Shown in pieces: positions 28,758-38,518 of a stretch of DNA of 64,000 nt; positions within the stretch are counted from its first letter, which is position 1, and each line of letters begins with the position of its first letter. The notes under the pieces were generated by a model. That model had not been told where the DNA came from. It made no database searches and saw only the letters and a list, made by a program, of their open reading frames with translations. The stretch is from contig NZ_JAKFGB010000012.1 of NCBI RefSeq assembly GCF_022267515.1, forward strand, positions 893,225-957,224, given 5' to 3'. The DNA is from Rubinisphaera margarita. GTDB lineage: Bacteria > Planctomycetota > Planctomycetia > Planctomycetales > Planctomycetaceae. The position numbers and the translations under genes were made by a program.

Positions 28758-29711
28758 TTAGAACTCGCCGATCACCTGGTTGTCCTGGATGTCGATCAGT
28801 TGTTCGAAGGTGCTGTCAGTAGCCGAGGTCGTGGCGTTCAGATCGATGTTCTCGCTGATAAAGCGGACGGCCCCATCGGCCAGAAGGAACTGAGCACCGC
28901 CCTGGTGCTGGCTGCTGAAGCCACGATCGCTGCTCGTGGTCGTGGTGTTGATCCCATAGCGTCCGCATGCGGAAATGTAGACCAGACCATTGGCGCTGCT
29001 GGCTTCGGAATCGTCCATCGTGCCGAACACGACGGCTGCCTTCAGATCGGTCTGCTCCAGTCTCCAGGCCCGTTCGCCAATCGCGATCGTATTACTCGTG
29101 CCATCGAGCATGTCTCGGAAACTCTTGGCGGAAAGCTGTCCCGGAACAAACAATCCGTTCGGGTTGTCCCGTTCCAGATCGTAACTGTTATTGGATGCGA
29201 CGTAATTCGAAGTCGCGACCGGCTGGAAGCCGCCGCCGGCTCCACTGGAATCAGGAACTTCCCGCTCGCTGTTGACAGCCGGAGCGATATCGGAAGGACA
29301 ACGATACGCGGCGAAACCGTTCTGCATCGTCTGAAGACTGGTCGCATCGGCGACGGCGTCCTGAAGTTTGACATCTCCGACCTTCAACTGGTCGTAGACG
29401 GCCGGCTGTTCGAGCTGAGGCAGAATCATCGCCCCCCAGCCCCAGAGGCCGCACTGGTTCGGACAGCTGTTCGGTGCGGTCAGTCCTGATCGCCCAAACA
29501 GGATTGGGAAGACTCCGTGTGTGTCATGATAGTTGTGGAGCGCCAGTCCGATCTGCTTGAGATTGTTTTTGCAGCTCGATCGACGGGCGGCCTCGCGGGC
29601 CTGTTGGACCGCGGGAAGCAGCAAGGCAACCAGAATAGCGATGATCGCGATGACCACAAGAAGTTCAATCAGGGTGAAAGCGTTGCGTCTCTTCATCAGA
29701 TCCTCATTCAA
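28758..29711 (-). CDS. DUF1559 (H-X9-DG) prepilin-like protein, paralog of 25638-26606
   Basis: N-terminal ~45 aa are nearly identical to the paralog; the 5' ends are ~80% identical at nucleotide level. Confidence 0.85.
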   Translation of the reverse strand: MNEDLMKRRNAFTLIELLVVIAIIAILVALLLPAVQQAREAARRSSCKNNLKQIGLALHNYHDTHGVFPILFGRSGLTAPNSCPNQCGLWGWGAMILPQLEQPAVYDQLKVGDVKLQDAVADATSLQTMQNGFAAYRCPSDIAPAVNSEREVPDSSGAGGGFQPVATSNYVASNNSYDLERDNPNGLFVPGQLSAKSFRDMLDGTSNTIAIGERAWRLEQTDLKAAVVFGTMDDSEASSANGLVYISACGRYGINTTTTSSDRGFSSQHQGGAQFLLADGAVRFISENIDLNATTSATDSTFEQLIDIQDNQVIGEF

Positions 29712-30020
29712 GGGGGAGTCAATTTTTTACCCGGCGGGGTCCGGTGGCAAGGGGAGCCACCTTAGCCCGCCGGCTGAGTCGAGTCAACCACCCCTTATGT
29801 GTCTGCGAGCCAACTCATTGAACGGTGAGTAATCGTGTCGTTCGATAACGCGGACGATGCATCGGATCTACATCAGTCGATGAAATCTTTCGCCGAACCG
29901 GCGTCAGAGAGCCGTGTCTTCCTCTCTGATCCGTTGATATCGCTATCCAGCGGCATTCAGGCTGCCCGCGAAGGTTGAGTGCTGAATGTTCCGGACATGG
30001 TTTCTGAAAGGCGATATCAA

Positions 30021-30097
30021 TTTCGGTTAGCTCAATTGGTCAGAGCATCAGGCTGTTAACCTGACTGTCGTGGGTTCGATTCCCATACCGATCGCCA
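30021..30097 (+). tRNA. tRNA-Asn (GUU) with two mismatches at the acceptor-stem terminus; CCA encoded
   Basis: D-arm GCTC-AATTGGTCA-GAGC. Anticodon loop CTGTTAA. T-arm GTGGG-TTCGATT-CCCAT. Acceptor TTTCGGT / ACCGATC pairs at only 5 of 7 positions. Confidence 0.65.
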
Positions 30098-30508
30098 ACT
30101 GCTGGCTGAAAGCCGGCAACCGACCTTGAAAGTCGGCGACGCTGAAAGCGTCTCCTGTCAGCCGAAAGAGGACAGACGTTCGATCGATCTGCCTCGGGCG
30201 ACTTTGCCTCGGACTCGCCGAAGCTCCGCGAAAGCGGCGCGGAGGCCACAGGTTCGGGCGCAATGTCCCTGGGGCAGCGTGAGAAGTTGCCTTGTAGTGT
30301 GTGGATGCGGAAGGGAGAACGGGCTGAGAGGCTTCAGACTGGAGAGGCGAAACGTCGCTGGTTCGGCCAGCGGCGAAACAACTTCCCGGGCCTGCAGCGA
30401 TCAGTTCGCGACCTCTTCCTTAAGCACACTCCGCGATTCGCTTGCGTGATTGTGCGAGCGCTCTGTCCTTGGACGGCGTACTCAAGGCTGAGCAACTGCA
30501 CGCATGCG

Positions 30509-31141
30509 TTACGCGACTGGTTCGCGGTCCATATCCGAGTAGGGAAAGTGCCCCGCTGCTTTGAGCCGGTCAAGGAGTTCCTCGCCGCCGTGTTCGCGGG
30601 TGAACTCGAGTTCCGAGCGGAAGATCTCCATCAGCATGAGCAGACCGAATGTGTCTCCGTCATCGGATTCGTAGGCGCTGTAGGCGTCGAAGATCAGACT
30701 CCGTCCGCCGACGTCTTCCATGTCCTCCGGAAACTCACACGTTTCGCCCGGATTCAACTCGGCCTGAGCACTGTATCGCGCCATCAGATTGAGAAACTGA
30801 TTGCAGGACTGGAGAGTCTGACCGAATGGCGACTCCTCGTCCTTGAGTGGATCGTGCGGCAAGGCATGACGAGTGAACATCACCATCTCGTAGGCATCAA
30901 ACTCGTCGTTCCGCGAGCACTCGCCAAGATCCTCCGAGAGTTCTTTCGTCGCAAAGCCGGTCCCCGGTAATCCGTTCGGATAGAGGTACACATCGAGCGC
31001 ACCACCAACGGCATACGGGATCATCGCGTGCAGAACGGAGTCGTGTTCCTCACCAAGCGACTCCGCCATCATCCGCGACTTTTCGTCATACCACTGATCG
31101 CCTTCATCTTCGTCATTCGGCGACTCGACCTGTTCGTTCAT
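30509..31141 (-). CDS. Hypothetical acidic protein, possibly SUFU-like
   Basis: Coding-like 210-aa ORF (start taken at MNEQVESP). The segment HAMIPYAVGG...GFATKELSEDLG loosely resembles bacterial SUFU-like domains. Confidence 0.35.
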   Translation of the reverse strand: MNEQVESPNDEDEGDQWYDEKSRMMAESLGEEHDSVLHAMIPYAVGGALDVYLYPNGLPGTGFATKELSEDLGECSRNDEFDAYEMVMFTRHALPHDPLKDEESPFGQTLQSCNQFLNLMARYSAQAELNPGETCEFPEDMEDVGGRSLIFDAYSAYESDDGDTFGLLMLMEIFRSELEFTREHGGEELLDRLKAAGHFPYSDMDREPVA

Positions 31142-31447
31142 TCCGGGCTTTCCAACTCGGCAAAAGGGTGGGAATTCAAACCACATTCTGACGGTAGTAG
31201 AGTTCAATAACAACCAGCAGCGTTCCGCGTGCAATCATGACTCAGCGGAAGACTCAAAGCACCTGGAACGTTACCGCCTACGACTCGTCATCATGATCGC
31301 TACTACGGCCATCTCCAGGGGCCGCTGCATTCGGTCCCATTCCCCCTCGACTGTATCTTCAGCTTCTTCCATCACATTCTCGAATAACAGCTGAACCATT
31401 CTTATCGAATACCGTCATTGTAGAAAGAAATGGAAGGGAGGTGTGAG

Positions 31448-32554
31448 ATGATCTTTTTGAAGCGTTACAAGATTCGTAGCTACGAAGTCGGTCTGTACTT
31501 CCGGGATGGAGAATTCCGAGGTCTGATCGAGCAGGGAACCCGCTGGTTGATCGATCCGCTGGGCAAGGTCCGTGTTGACGTCGTCTCGAAGCGGGATCCG
31601 TGGCTGGTTCACGACAAGCTCGACCTGATTGTCAACTCGGGTGTACTGAAGGACCGAGCCGTCGTGCTCGACCTGCAGGACCACGAACGGGCGCTGGTGT
31701 GGATTGAAAACCGATTCAGCCACATCCTGCCGGCCGGCCTCTACTCTTACTGGAATGGACAGAAGAAGGTCCGTGTTGAAGTCGTTGACGCCCGGCAGGT
31801 GCGGTTCGAGCATCCGGAACTGAAGGTGATCGCCAAGTCGCCACTGGCGCAGCGGACGCTCGACGTCTGCTCGGTCAATCGGGACCACGTTGGCGTGCTG
31901 TTCATCGATGGCCGGTATGTCGAAACACTGGCTCCGGGGCTGTACGCGTTCTGGAAGGGACAGTCGGATGCGAAGGTGGTTGAAGTCGACCTGCGGGAAA
32001 CCATGGTCGATGTCAGCGGCCAGGACATCATGACGGCTGACAAGGTCACGCTGCGGCTCAACGCCGTGGTGACTTACAAGGTCGCCGACGCCCGCAAGGC
32101 TGTCAGCCAGACCGACGACGTGCGGCAGGCTCTGTATCGTGAAACGCAGCTCGTGCTGCGAAGCGTGATTGGAGCCCGCGAACTCGATGCCTTCCTGACG
32201 GAAAAGGACGCCGTGGGAAGCGAAGTCGAGGACAACGTGCGGCGTCGAGCCGGCGAACTGGGGCTGGAAATCGCTTCGGTCGGAATCCGGGACGTGATCC
32301 TGCCGGGCGACATGAAGGACCTGATGAACAAGGTGACGGAGGCCCGTAAGGCCGCCGAAGCTAACCTGATCTCGCGTCGCGAAGAAACCGCCGCCATGCG
32401 GTCGCAGGCCAACACGGCCAAACTGCTGGCGGACAACCCGGTTCTGATGCGACTGCGGGAACTGGAAATCCTGGAAAAGCTCGCCGGCAACGGCAAGCTG
32501 AACATCGTCGTAGGCGAAAAGGGCCTGAGCGACCGGGTGGTCAACCTGCTCTGA
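31448..32554 (+). CDS. SPFH/band-7 domain protein with a three-fold internal repeat in the N-terminal half
   Basis: GGGAGG Shine-Dalgarno sequence before the ATG at 31448. C-terminal SPFH region plus a coiled-coil. N-terminal repeats carry the pattern ...PGLY..W.GQ...V.VVD. Confidence 0.7.
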   Translation: MIFLKRYKIRSYEVGLYFRDGEFRGLIEQGTRWLIDPLGKVRVDVVSKRDPWLVHDKLDLIVNSGVLKDRAVVLDLQDHERALVWIENRFSHILPAGLYSYWNGQKKVRVEVVDARQVRFEHPELKVIAKSPLAQRTLDVCSVNRDHVGVLFIDGRYVETLAPGLYAFWKGQSDAKVVEVDLRETMVDVSGQDIMTADKVTLRLNAVVTYKVADARKAVSQTDDVRQALYRETQLVLRSVIGARELDAFLTEKDAVGSEVEDNVRRRAGELGLEIASVGIRDVILPGDMKDLMNKVTEARKAAEANLISRREETAAMRSQANTAKLLADNPVLMRLRELEILEKLAGNGKLNIVVGEKGLSDRVVNLL

Positions 32555-33147
32555 TCGTCGATGACACAGGACGAATTACCCTCTGATTTCAGCGATGGAA
32601 TCAGGGGGTATATTCTTGCACTCATGTCAGACCTGTTCTCTTTGTGTTATTCGTTCTGTTCCCGGAAAGGAGTTCATCATGGCGAAGAAGAAGCTGAGTC
32701 GAGATCAAAAGCGAAGCTGGCCGAACGACGCGAGAAGTTTGCCGCAAGCGGTCAAGAACAAAGAACTCTCGATGAGATCAGGAAGCGATTGATCCGGTCT
32801 CAGGAACTCGCGTGAACGCCCCCAAAGACCGACAACATGACGACTGACGAGATCATTCAGAAGTTGGATGAGCCTGGTATTCGTTTCAATGAAAGCGTCT
32901 TCATTACTGCCGCGGAGCAACACCTGACTACGGACGATCTCGCCGAATCTCTGTGTGGTTCCAATAGGTGATGAACTACTCCACTCCCCTGCTCGGCCTG
33001 AGCAAACCTGAGGCCGCCGAAGCCGAGTACGATCGACCTGGGGGACAGGTTCGAAGATAAAGGAGTCAGCGCAAGGGAAGTAGACGCTTCACCGGCGCGG
33101 CCGAGGTTTGTCAGCGTTGGAGCCAGGACCTTAAACCTGCACTCGCT

Positions 33148-34560
33148 TCAGGCGAAGATCTCTTTCACGACTCGTCCGTGCACGTCGGTGAGGCGGAAGT
33201 CTCGCCCCGCGTGACGGAAAGTCAGTCGCTCGTGATCGAGCCCCAGCAGATGCAGGATGGTCGCATGCAGGTCATGCATGTGGACCTTATTGACGATCGC
33301 GTTCTGGCCAAACTCGTCGGTCTCGCCATAAGCGAACCCGCGTTTGACTCCGCCCCCGGCCAGCCAGACGGTGAAGCCATCGGGATTGTGATCGCGTCCA
33401 AGGTTCCCCTGCGTGAAGGGGGTGCGACCGAACTCTCCGCCCCACCAGACGAGGGTGTCTTCAAGCAGGCCACGTTGTTTGAGATCCTGCAGCAGTCCCG
33501 CGACCGGCTTGTCGGTCGCTTTGGCATGCATTTCGTGTTCGGGCATGTTTCCGTGCTGGTCCCAGCGGGGCGTCGATCGATTATCGGCGTAGCTGATCTG
33601 CACGAAGCGGACGCCGGCTTCGCTGAGTCGGCGAGCCCGCAGACATTGATAGCCGAAATCTTCCGTTTCCGGCTGATCGATGCCGTACATCGACAGGGTT
33701 TCCCGAGTCTCTCCCGAAATGTCGGTGACCTCGGGAGCGGCGGACTGCATTCGATAAGCCAGTTCGTAGGAATCGAGGACCGACTCATAGGCTGACTCCG
33801 CGGCGGTCCGCTGCAATTGAACCGCGCTCATCTCCCGCAATAAATCAAACTGACGCTGTTGCACGACCGAATCGTAACGCGGGTTCTGGACGTTCTCGAA
33901 CCGGGCCGTCGCCGCCGGAATACCGACCCGTCCCAATGCTGTTCCCTGATGAACCGGCGGCAGAAATGCATTGGAGTAGAGCCGTGGCCCCCCTTTTGCG
34001 GAGGTCGGACAAACGGTGACAAACGACGGCAGGCTCTGGTTCTCGGTCCCGAGTCCGTAACTGATCCATGCCCCCATCGAAGGTCGGATCAGGTTCGTGG
34101 CTCCCGTGTGCAGAAAGAGCGTGCTCGGGCCGTGGGCGACTCCCTCGGTGTGCATACTGCGGATGAAGCAGAGATCATCTACATGTTTCGCCATTTCCGG
34201 AAACAGGCTGGAAACCGGTTGTCCCGACTCGCCGTGCTTCTTGAATGTCCAATGCGATTTCATCACCTCTTCGCTCTGAACCTTCATTCTCCGGGCATTG
34301 CGGAAGTCATGCTTTGTGCCGTGGTACTTTTCCAGGGCCGGTTTGTAGTCGAAGGTATCGACCTGGCTGGGACCGCCCTGCATGAAGATGAAGATCACTC
34401 GCTTGGCTCGAGCCGGGAAATGCGTCTCCTGACCGGTCAGCGGATTCGCTGATTCAGAGGCACGCGATTGCGAGAAGAGCCCCGCCAGCGCGAGCGAGCC
34501 GAAACCGCAGGCTGCAGACTGAAGCAATTGTCGTCGACCGGTCATTTGAAGCGTGTTCAT
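33148..34560 (-). CDS. DUF1501 protein (sulfatase-like fold), Tat-secreted
   Basis: Start at MNTLQMTGRRQLL (twin-arginine motif). DUF1501 conserved motifs. Pairs with the upstream PSD1 gene. Confidence 0.85.
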   Translation of the reverse strand: MNTLQMTGRRQLLQSAACGFGSLALAGLFSQSRASESANPLTGQETHFPARAKRVIFIFMQGGPSQVDTFDYKPALEKYHGTKHDFRNARRMKVQSEEVMKSHWTFKKHGESGQPVSSLFPEMAKHVDDLCFIRSMHTEGVAHGPSTLFLHTGATNLIRPSMGAWISYGLGTENQSLPSFVTVCPTSAKGGPRLYSNAFLPPVHQGTALGRVGIPAATARFENVQNPRYDSVVQQRQFDLLREMSAVQLQRTAAESAYESVLDSYELAYRMQSAAPEVTDISGETRETLSMYGIDQPETEDFGYQCLRARRLSEAGVRFVQISYADNRSTPRWDQHGNMPEHEMHAKATDKPVAGLLQDLKQRGLLEDTLVWWGGEFGRTPFTQGNLGRDHNPDGFTVWLAGGGVKRGFAYGETDEFGQNAIVNKVHMHDLHATILHLLGLDHERLTFRHAGRDFRLTDVHGRVVKEIFA

Positions 34561-34604
34561 CGTGAACCACCAGATCTTGAATGTGTGTGGGGAGCTCGGA
34601 TTGG

Positions 34605-37472
34605 CTAATCGATGAAACGAAACTCGGGACTGCAGAAGAGGCTCTGAGTCAGCATGGTCCAGACCTCTGGTGAGTCGTTCGGTTTCGAAGTATTCAGGAA
34701 TCGGTCCGCCAACTCCTGCTCGTCGGCCGAGGGGGCGCGTCCGAGCGCGGATCGATACAGCCACTCAACTCGTTCCTGCCGGTCGCGGCCTGTATCAGTC
34801 AGCAGTTGTTGAGCAGTCTCCTCGGCGAGTTCGAGTATCAGACTGCTGTTCATCATGTAAAGTGCCTGCGTTGCAAGTGTGGTATTGGTTCGCTTCCCCT
34901 GAACCAGGTTCGGATCCGGGAAATCGAACACGGCCAGCATGGGATGCAGTCGATTGCGGAAGACCGGCAGATAGACGCTGCGATGTCGATCGCTGTAAGT
35001 GAAATCGAATTCTGAATTCGTCCCGTTGGGAACCGTGTTGCCGCCATGCGATTCTTCGAGACGACCGCTGATCTGCAGCAGAGCATCACGCAGAAACTCG
35101 GCATCGGCTCGCCGCCTGGGGAAATACGCGAGCAGGCGATTCTCAGGATCGATGGTTGACTTGAGTTGCGATTCGGTCTGTCCGGAGATTCGATAGGTTC
35201 GGGAAAGTACGATCTGACGGATCAGAGATTTCACGGACCAGTTATTCCGTATGAAATCGACCGCGAGGTAGTCGAGCAACTGCGGATGCGAGGGCAACTC
35301 GCCGGTGCTGCCGAAGTTGTCGACCGTTCGAACGATGCCGGCTCCGAACAGATGATGCCAGATGCGGTTGACCATAACCCGAGCCGTAAGCGGGTTCTCT
35401 GGACTGGCGATCCATTCGGCCAGTTCGAGGCGACCGCTTTGCGAAGAGCGGATCGTCGCATCGCCGGTCGTGGCCACCTGCAGAACACCCCGCGGGATGA
35501 CCGGGCCGAGATTCCGAATATTGCCGCGAATACATAGCTCCGTATCGCCAATCTCGTCCGGGACCTCTTCGCGAACCGCCATCACCTCCTCCGGTGCGGG
35601 CGGCGCGTCTTTCTTCAGTGTGCTGATCTGTTCGGTGAGTTCTTGTTTCTTCTGTTTAAGACGTCTGGCCTCAGCCACGGCTTCCAGGTCGACTGTCGCA
35701 TTCAACAGGCTTGACCGTTGCAGTTCGTCGCGTTCAGACAACAACTGCGATGAAAGCAGCTGGACCGCGTCGACGATCACGACGCCACTGGTGCCGGCCG
35801 TGCCGACGGTAATCCGAACAGGTTCCGCTTTAGAAGACTGCAGCTCAAACGAGCCCAGGGAAACAAACAGTCCATCGATCGGAGGTGCGGGCTTCTGATT
35901 GATGGTCAGGGTGGCCAACTCGCCCGTCTGGTCGCTAATTGTCACTGGAGCGGCGGAGGTCCGGTTTGATCCACTCGAGTAGGCGACGCGAATTTCGTAC
36001 TGTCCTGGTTCGGCCAGCTGAACTTCGAACACAGCTGAGTTTGCGCCTTTCGCCGTATTCTGATCGTGTACGTATTCCTGACCGACATACTTGGGATTGC
36101 TGGTCGAGCCCTTCCAGTCTCCGATGAGTTTCGGTTCGTCGTTCACGATTCCGGCGAGAAGTCGCGGAGAAATGCTGCGGGCGTCAGCCCGGGGATTCAG
36201 CTCTTTTAGGCGATTCGTGACATCCGCCAGTTGTGCTTCCAGACTGTTGAGTTCCCGACGGTACTCATCGTACCGGGCCTGTTGCTCAGGCGGCATCGGA
36301 ATTTCCTGCGTGATCCATTCCGCCACATTGCCGGGGCCGACTGACTTCGTGCTCCGGAAGATCCCCGCGAGAGCGTAGTAGTCCGCGGCTGGGATGGGAT
36401 CGAACTTGTGATCGTGACACCGGGCACAGCCGATCGTCATGCCAAGAAAGGCTTTGCCGAGGGTATCGATCTGCTCATCGACAACCTCCATTCGCAGGAG
36501 GGCTTTGTCCTGCAGCTCGTAATTGTGAGGGCCGAGCATGAGGAAGCCGCAGCCAGTAAGTTGTTCGGCGGCCTGCTCCACAGATTCATACGGGAGAAGA
36601 TCCCCAGCGAGCTGTTCTCGAATGAATTGATCATACGGTTTGTCGGCCTGGAACGAATCGATCACGTAATCCCGATACCGCCACGAGTTCCGATAGATGC
36701 GAGAGCGTCCGCCGCCGGTCGAATCTGCATAGCGGGCGACATCGAGCCAGTGACGGCCCCAGCGTTCGCCGAACTCGCGAGATGCCAGCAGTCGGTCGAC
36801 GATGCGGGCATAAGCTTTCGGAGAAGAATCTGCAGCAAAGGTTCTCACCTGCTCTGGTGAGGGCGGAAGTCCCGTCAGGTCATAATACACTCGCCGGAGC
36901 AGAACCTCCGCATCCGCTGGCCCATTCTGACTCAGCCCGGCTTCGTTCAATTTCGCGAGGATGAAACGGTCGACCGGCTCTTCGACGCCAGAGACTTCAG
37001 GAAGCTCCGGTGTGGTCAGCGGCTGAAATGCCCAGAACTCGCGACCGGCGTCCAGGTCAATCCCCGTGTGCCGCTGCGGAGCTTCTCCGTCGCGCGGATC
37101 AGGAGCGCCTCGCTTAATCCATGTTTCAAAGTCGTTCAGAATCTGCTCGGGCAGCTTTCCCTGCGGGGGCATCTCGAACGACTCGAATTTCATCGCACTC
37201 AGCAGCAGACTCTCGTCCACATCTCCGGGAATCACCGCGGGGCCGGAATCGCCGCCGGTTGCAAGGGCCTCGCGGGAGTGGACCAGCAGGCCGCCTTTAA
37301 TGGCTTTTGATTCCGGTGAATGACATTCGTAGCAGTGCTCGATCAGCACGGGCCGGATTTTCTCCTCGAAGAACGCAAGATCCTCGGGAGAGAGCGCGGG
37401 CGATTCCGCCCGCAGGACGGATGGAAAATTGCTCACGAAGAGGAGCACCAGAGTAACGGCGAGTACGCGCAT
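34605..37472 (-). CDS. PSD1 family protein (PSCyt1 heme-binding motif + DUF1549 + DUF1553) with an inserted beta-sandwich-like module
   Basis: Signal peptide and the N-terminal motif CYECHS. The central segment is homologous to the C-terminus of the FAD oxidoreductase at 620-2686. Confidence 0.85.
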   Translation of the reverse strand: MRVLAVTLVLLFVSNFPSVLRAESPALSPEDLAFFEEKIRPVLIEHCYECHSPESKAIKGGLLVHSREALATGGDSGPAVIPGDVDESLLLSAMKFESFEMPPQGKLPEQILNDFETWIKRGAPDPRDGEAPQRHTGIDLDAGREFWAFQPLTTPELPEVSGVEEPVDRFILAKLNEAGLSQNGPADAEVLLRRVYYDLTGLPPSPEQVRTFAADSSPKAYARIVDRLLASREFGERWGRHWLDVARYADSTGGGRSRIYRNSWRYRDYVIDSFQADKPYDQFIREQLAGDLLPYESVEQAAEQLTGCGFLMLGPHNYELQDKALLRMEVVDEQIDTLGKAFLGMTIGCARCHDHKFDPIPAADYYALAGIFRSTKSVGPGNVAEWITQEIPMPPEQQARYDEYRRELNSLEAQLADVTNRLKELNPRADARSISPRLLAGIVNDEPKLIGDWKGSTSNPKYVGQEYVHDQNTAKGANSAVFEVQLAEPGQYEIRVAYSSGSNRTSAAPVTISDQTGELATLTINQKPAPPIDGLFVSLGSFELQSSKAEPVRITVGTAGTSGVVIVDAVQLLSSQLLSERDELQRSSLLNATVDLEAVAEARRLKQKKQELTEQISTLKKDAPPAPEEVMAVREEVPDEIGDTELCIRGNIRNLGPVIPRGVLQVATTGDATIRSSQSGRLELAEWIASPENPLTARVMVNRIWHHLFGAGIVRTVDNFGSTGELPSHPQLLDYLAVDFIRNNWSVKSLIRQIVLSRTYRISGQTESQLKSTIDPENRLLAYFPRRRADAEFLRDALLQISGRLEESHGGNTVPNGTNSEFDFTYSDRHRSVYLPVFRNRLHPMLAVFDFPDPNLVQGKRTNTTLATQALYMMNSSLILELAEETAQQLLTDTGRDRQERVEWLYRSALGRAPSADEQELADRFLNTSKPNDSPEVWTMLTQSLFCSPEFRFID

Positions 37473-38100
37473 GAGACCTGTGTGGGGAAGGATGCTATGC
37501 GGGAAGTCCGGCGTGCGGCAGGCTCTATATTAAGAGATTGTCGACCGATAAGCACGTCTCGATCTATCTTGAGTCTCGTTTTGTCGAGGATTCCTGTCAA
37601 GCAGGATTTCCCGCCCGGCTCGATCGAAGAGCCGAAATGGCTGATTGACGAGCGTCCGCTTTTCTGAATGCTCAACGATCAGGGTGGAACCTCCTCGAAC
37701 GACGAGGTCCCGGAGTCCCCATCGGCGATTAACGCGATTCCTCCAGAAACCTGATGTCACCCTCACCGATGTTAACGTGTGTACCAGGGTCCCCAGCGAT
37801 CCTGAGACGTTTCGCATCGGAGTCTTCCCCATCCACCGGCGAGCTTGTGGGGAGATCTGCCCGATTCCGCAGAGGTCTCCCGATCCGATCTTCATAACAT
37901 TTCCAACTGGCATGCACACTGCGGGGACTCGCCGTCACGGGCCTTAGCTAACAAGGTTCGCACACGCCAGGAAGCCGGCGGAGGTTCCGTTGCCCTGGTG
38001 TTGAGCGGACGAACGGAAGGCTTTCCGTTCTCAGCGATCTTAGTGAGACCGCGATGCCGCTCGGACAAGATTCAGAATTGCTTGAAGAAAGGAGTTGGTA

Positions 38101-38460
38101 ATGAACGCACTCTCATTCCGATTACTTAGCAGCCTGCTGGCGATCCCGCTGGCTTTCGCGTTTGTGTCGCCGGTCGAAGCTCAGGAGACGTACACCGAAG
38201 AGTACTACGACTCGTACTACGACGACGCTGACAATTACGACTACGACTACAACGACTACACCTGGAACGACTGGTGGGAAGACGATTACGAGTACGGCTA
38301 CTACGGCGATGATGACTACGCCTATGACGACGACTACTACGAAGACTACCGCGACGATGAGTACGGTTGGAACGACGACTGGTGGGAAGATGATTACGCC
38401 TACGCCGACGGGTACTACGACAACTACTACGACGGCGACACCTGGTGGGACTGGGAATAG
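38101..38460 (+). CDS. Secreted, extremely acidic Asp/Tyr/Trp-rich low-complexity protein
   Basis: AAGGAG Shine-Dalgarno sequence 7 nt before the ATG. Cleavable signal peptide (…PVEA/QE). The mature ~93 aa are almost entirely D, Y, W, E, N, G and show a two-fold ~33-aa repeat. Confidence 0.5.
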   Translation: MNALSFRLLSSLLAIPLAFAFVSPVEAQETYTEEYYDSYYDDADNYDYDYNDYTWNDWWEDDYEYGYYGDDDYAYDDDYYEDYRDDEYGWNDDWWEDDYAYADGYYDNYYDGDTWWDWE

Positions 38461-38518
38461 TCTCTGCCCCGTGTGCCAGAACGCTCCAATGACATCAAAA
38501 GCAAAAGGAATATCAACG

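Noticed and set aside
30263-30970. 235-aa plus-strand ORF overlapping the SUFU-like gene
   Set aside because: The opposite-strand ORF has far more protein-like composition. This one has no SD and overlaps it completely.
38162-38518. N-terminal 120 aa of the 495-aa track ORF (Thr-rich MCRRSKLRRRTPKSTTTRTTTT...)
   Set aside because: It is a frame shadow of the Asp/Tyr-rich gene (TAC/GAC codons read out of frame as ACx). The real start of the downstream gene is the SD-preceded ATG at 38519, which carries a signal peptide.
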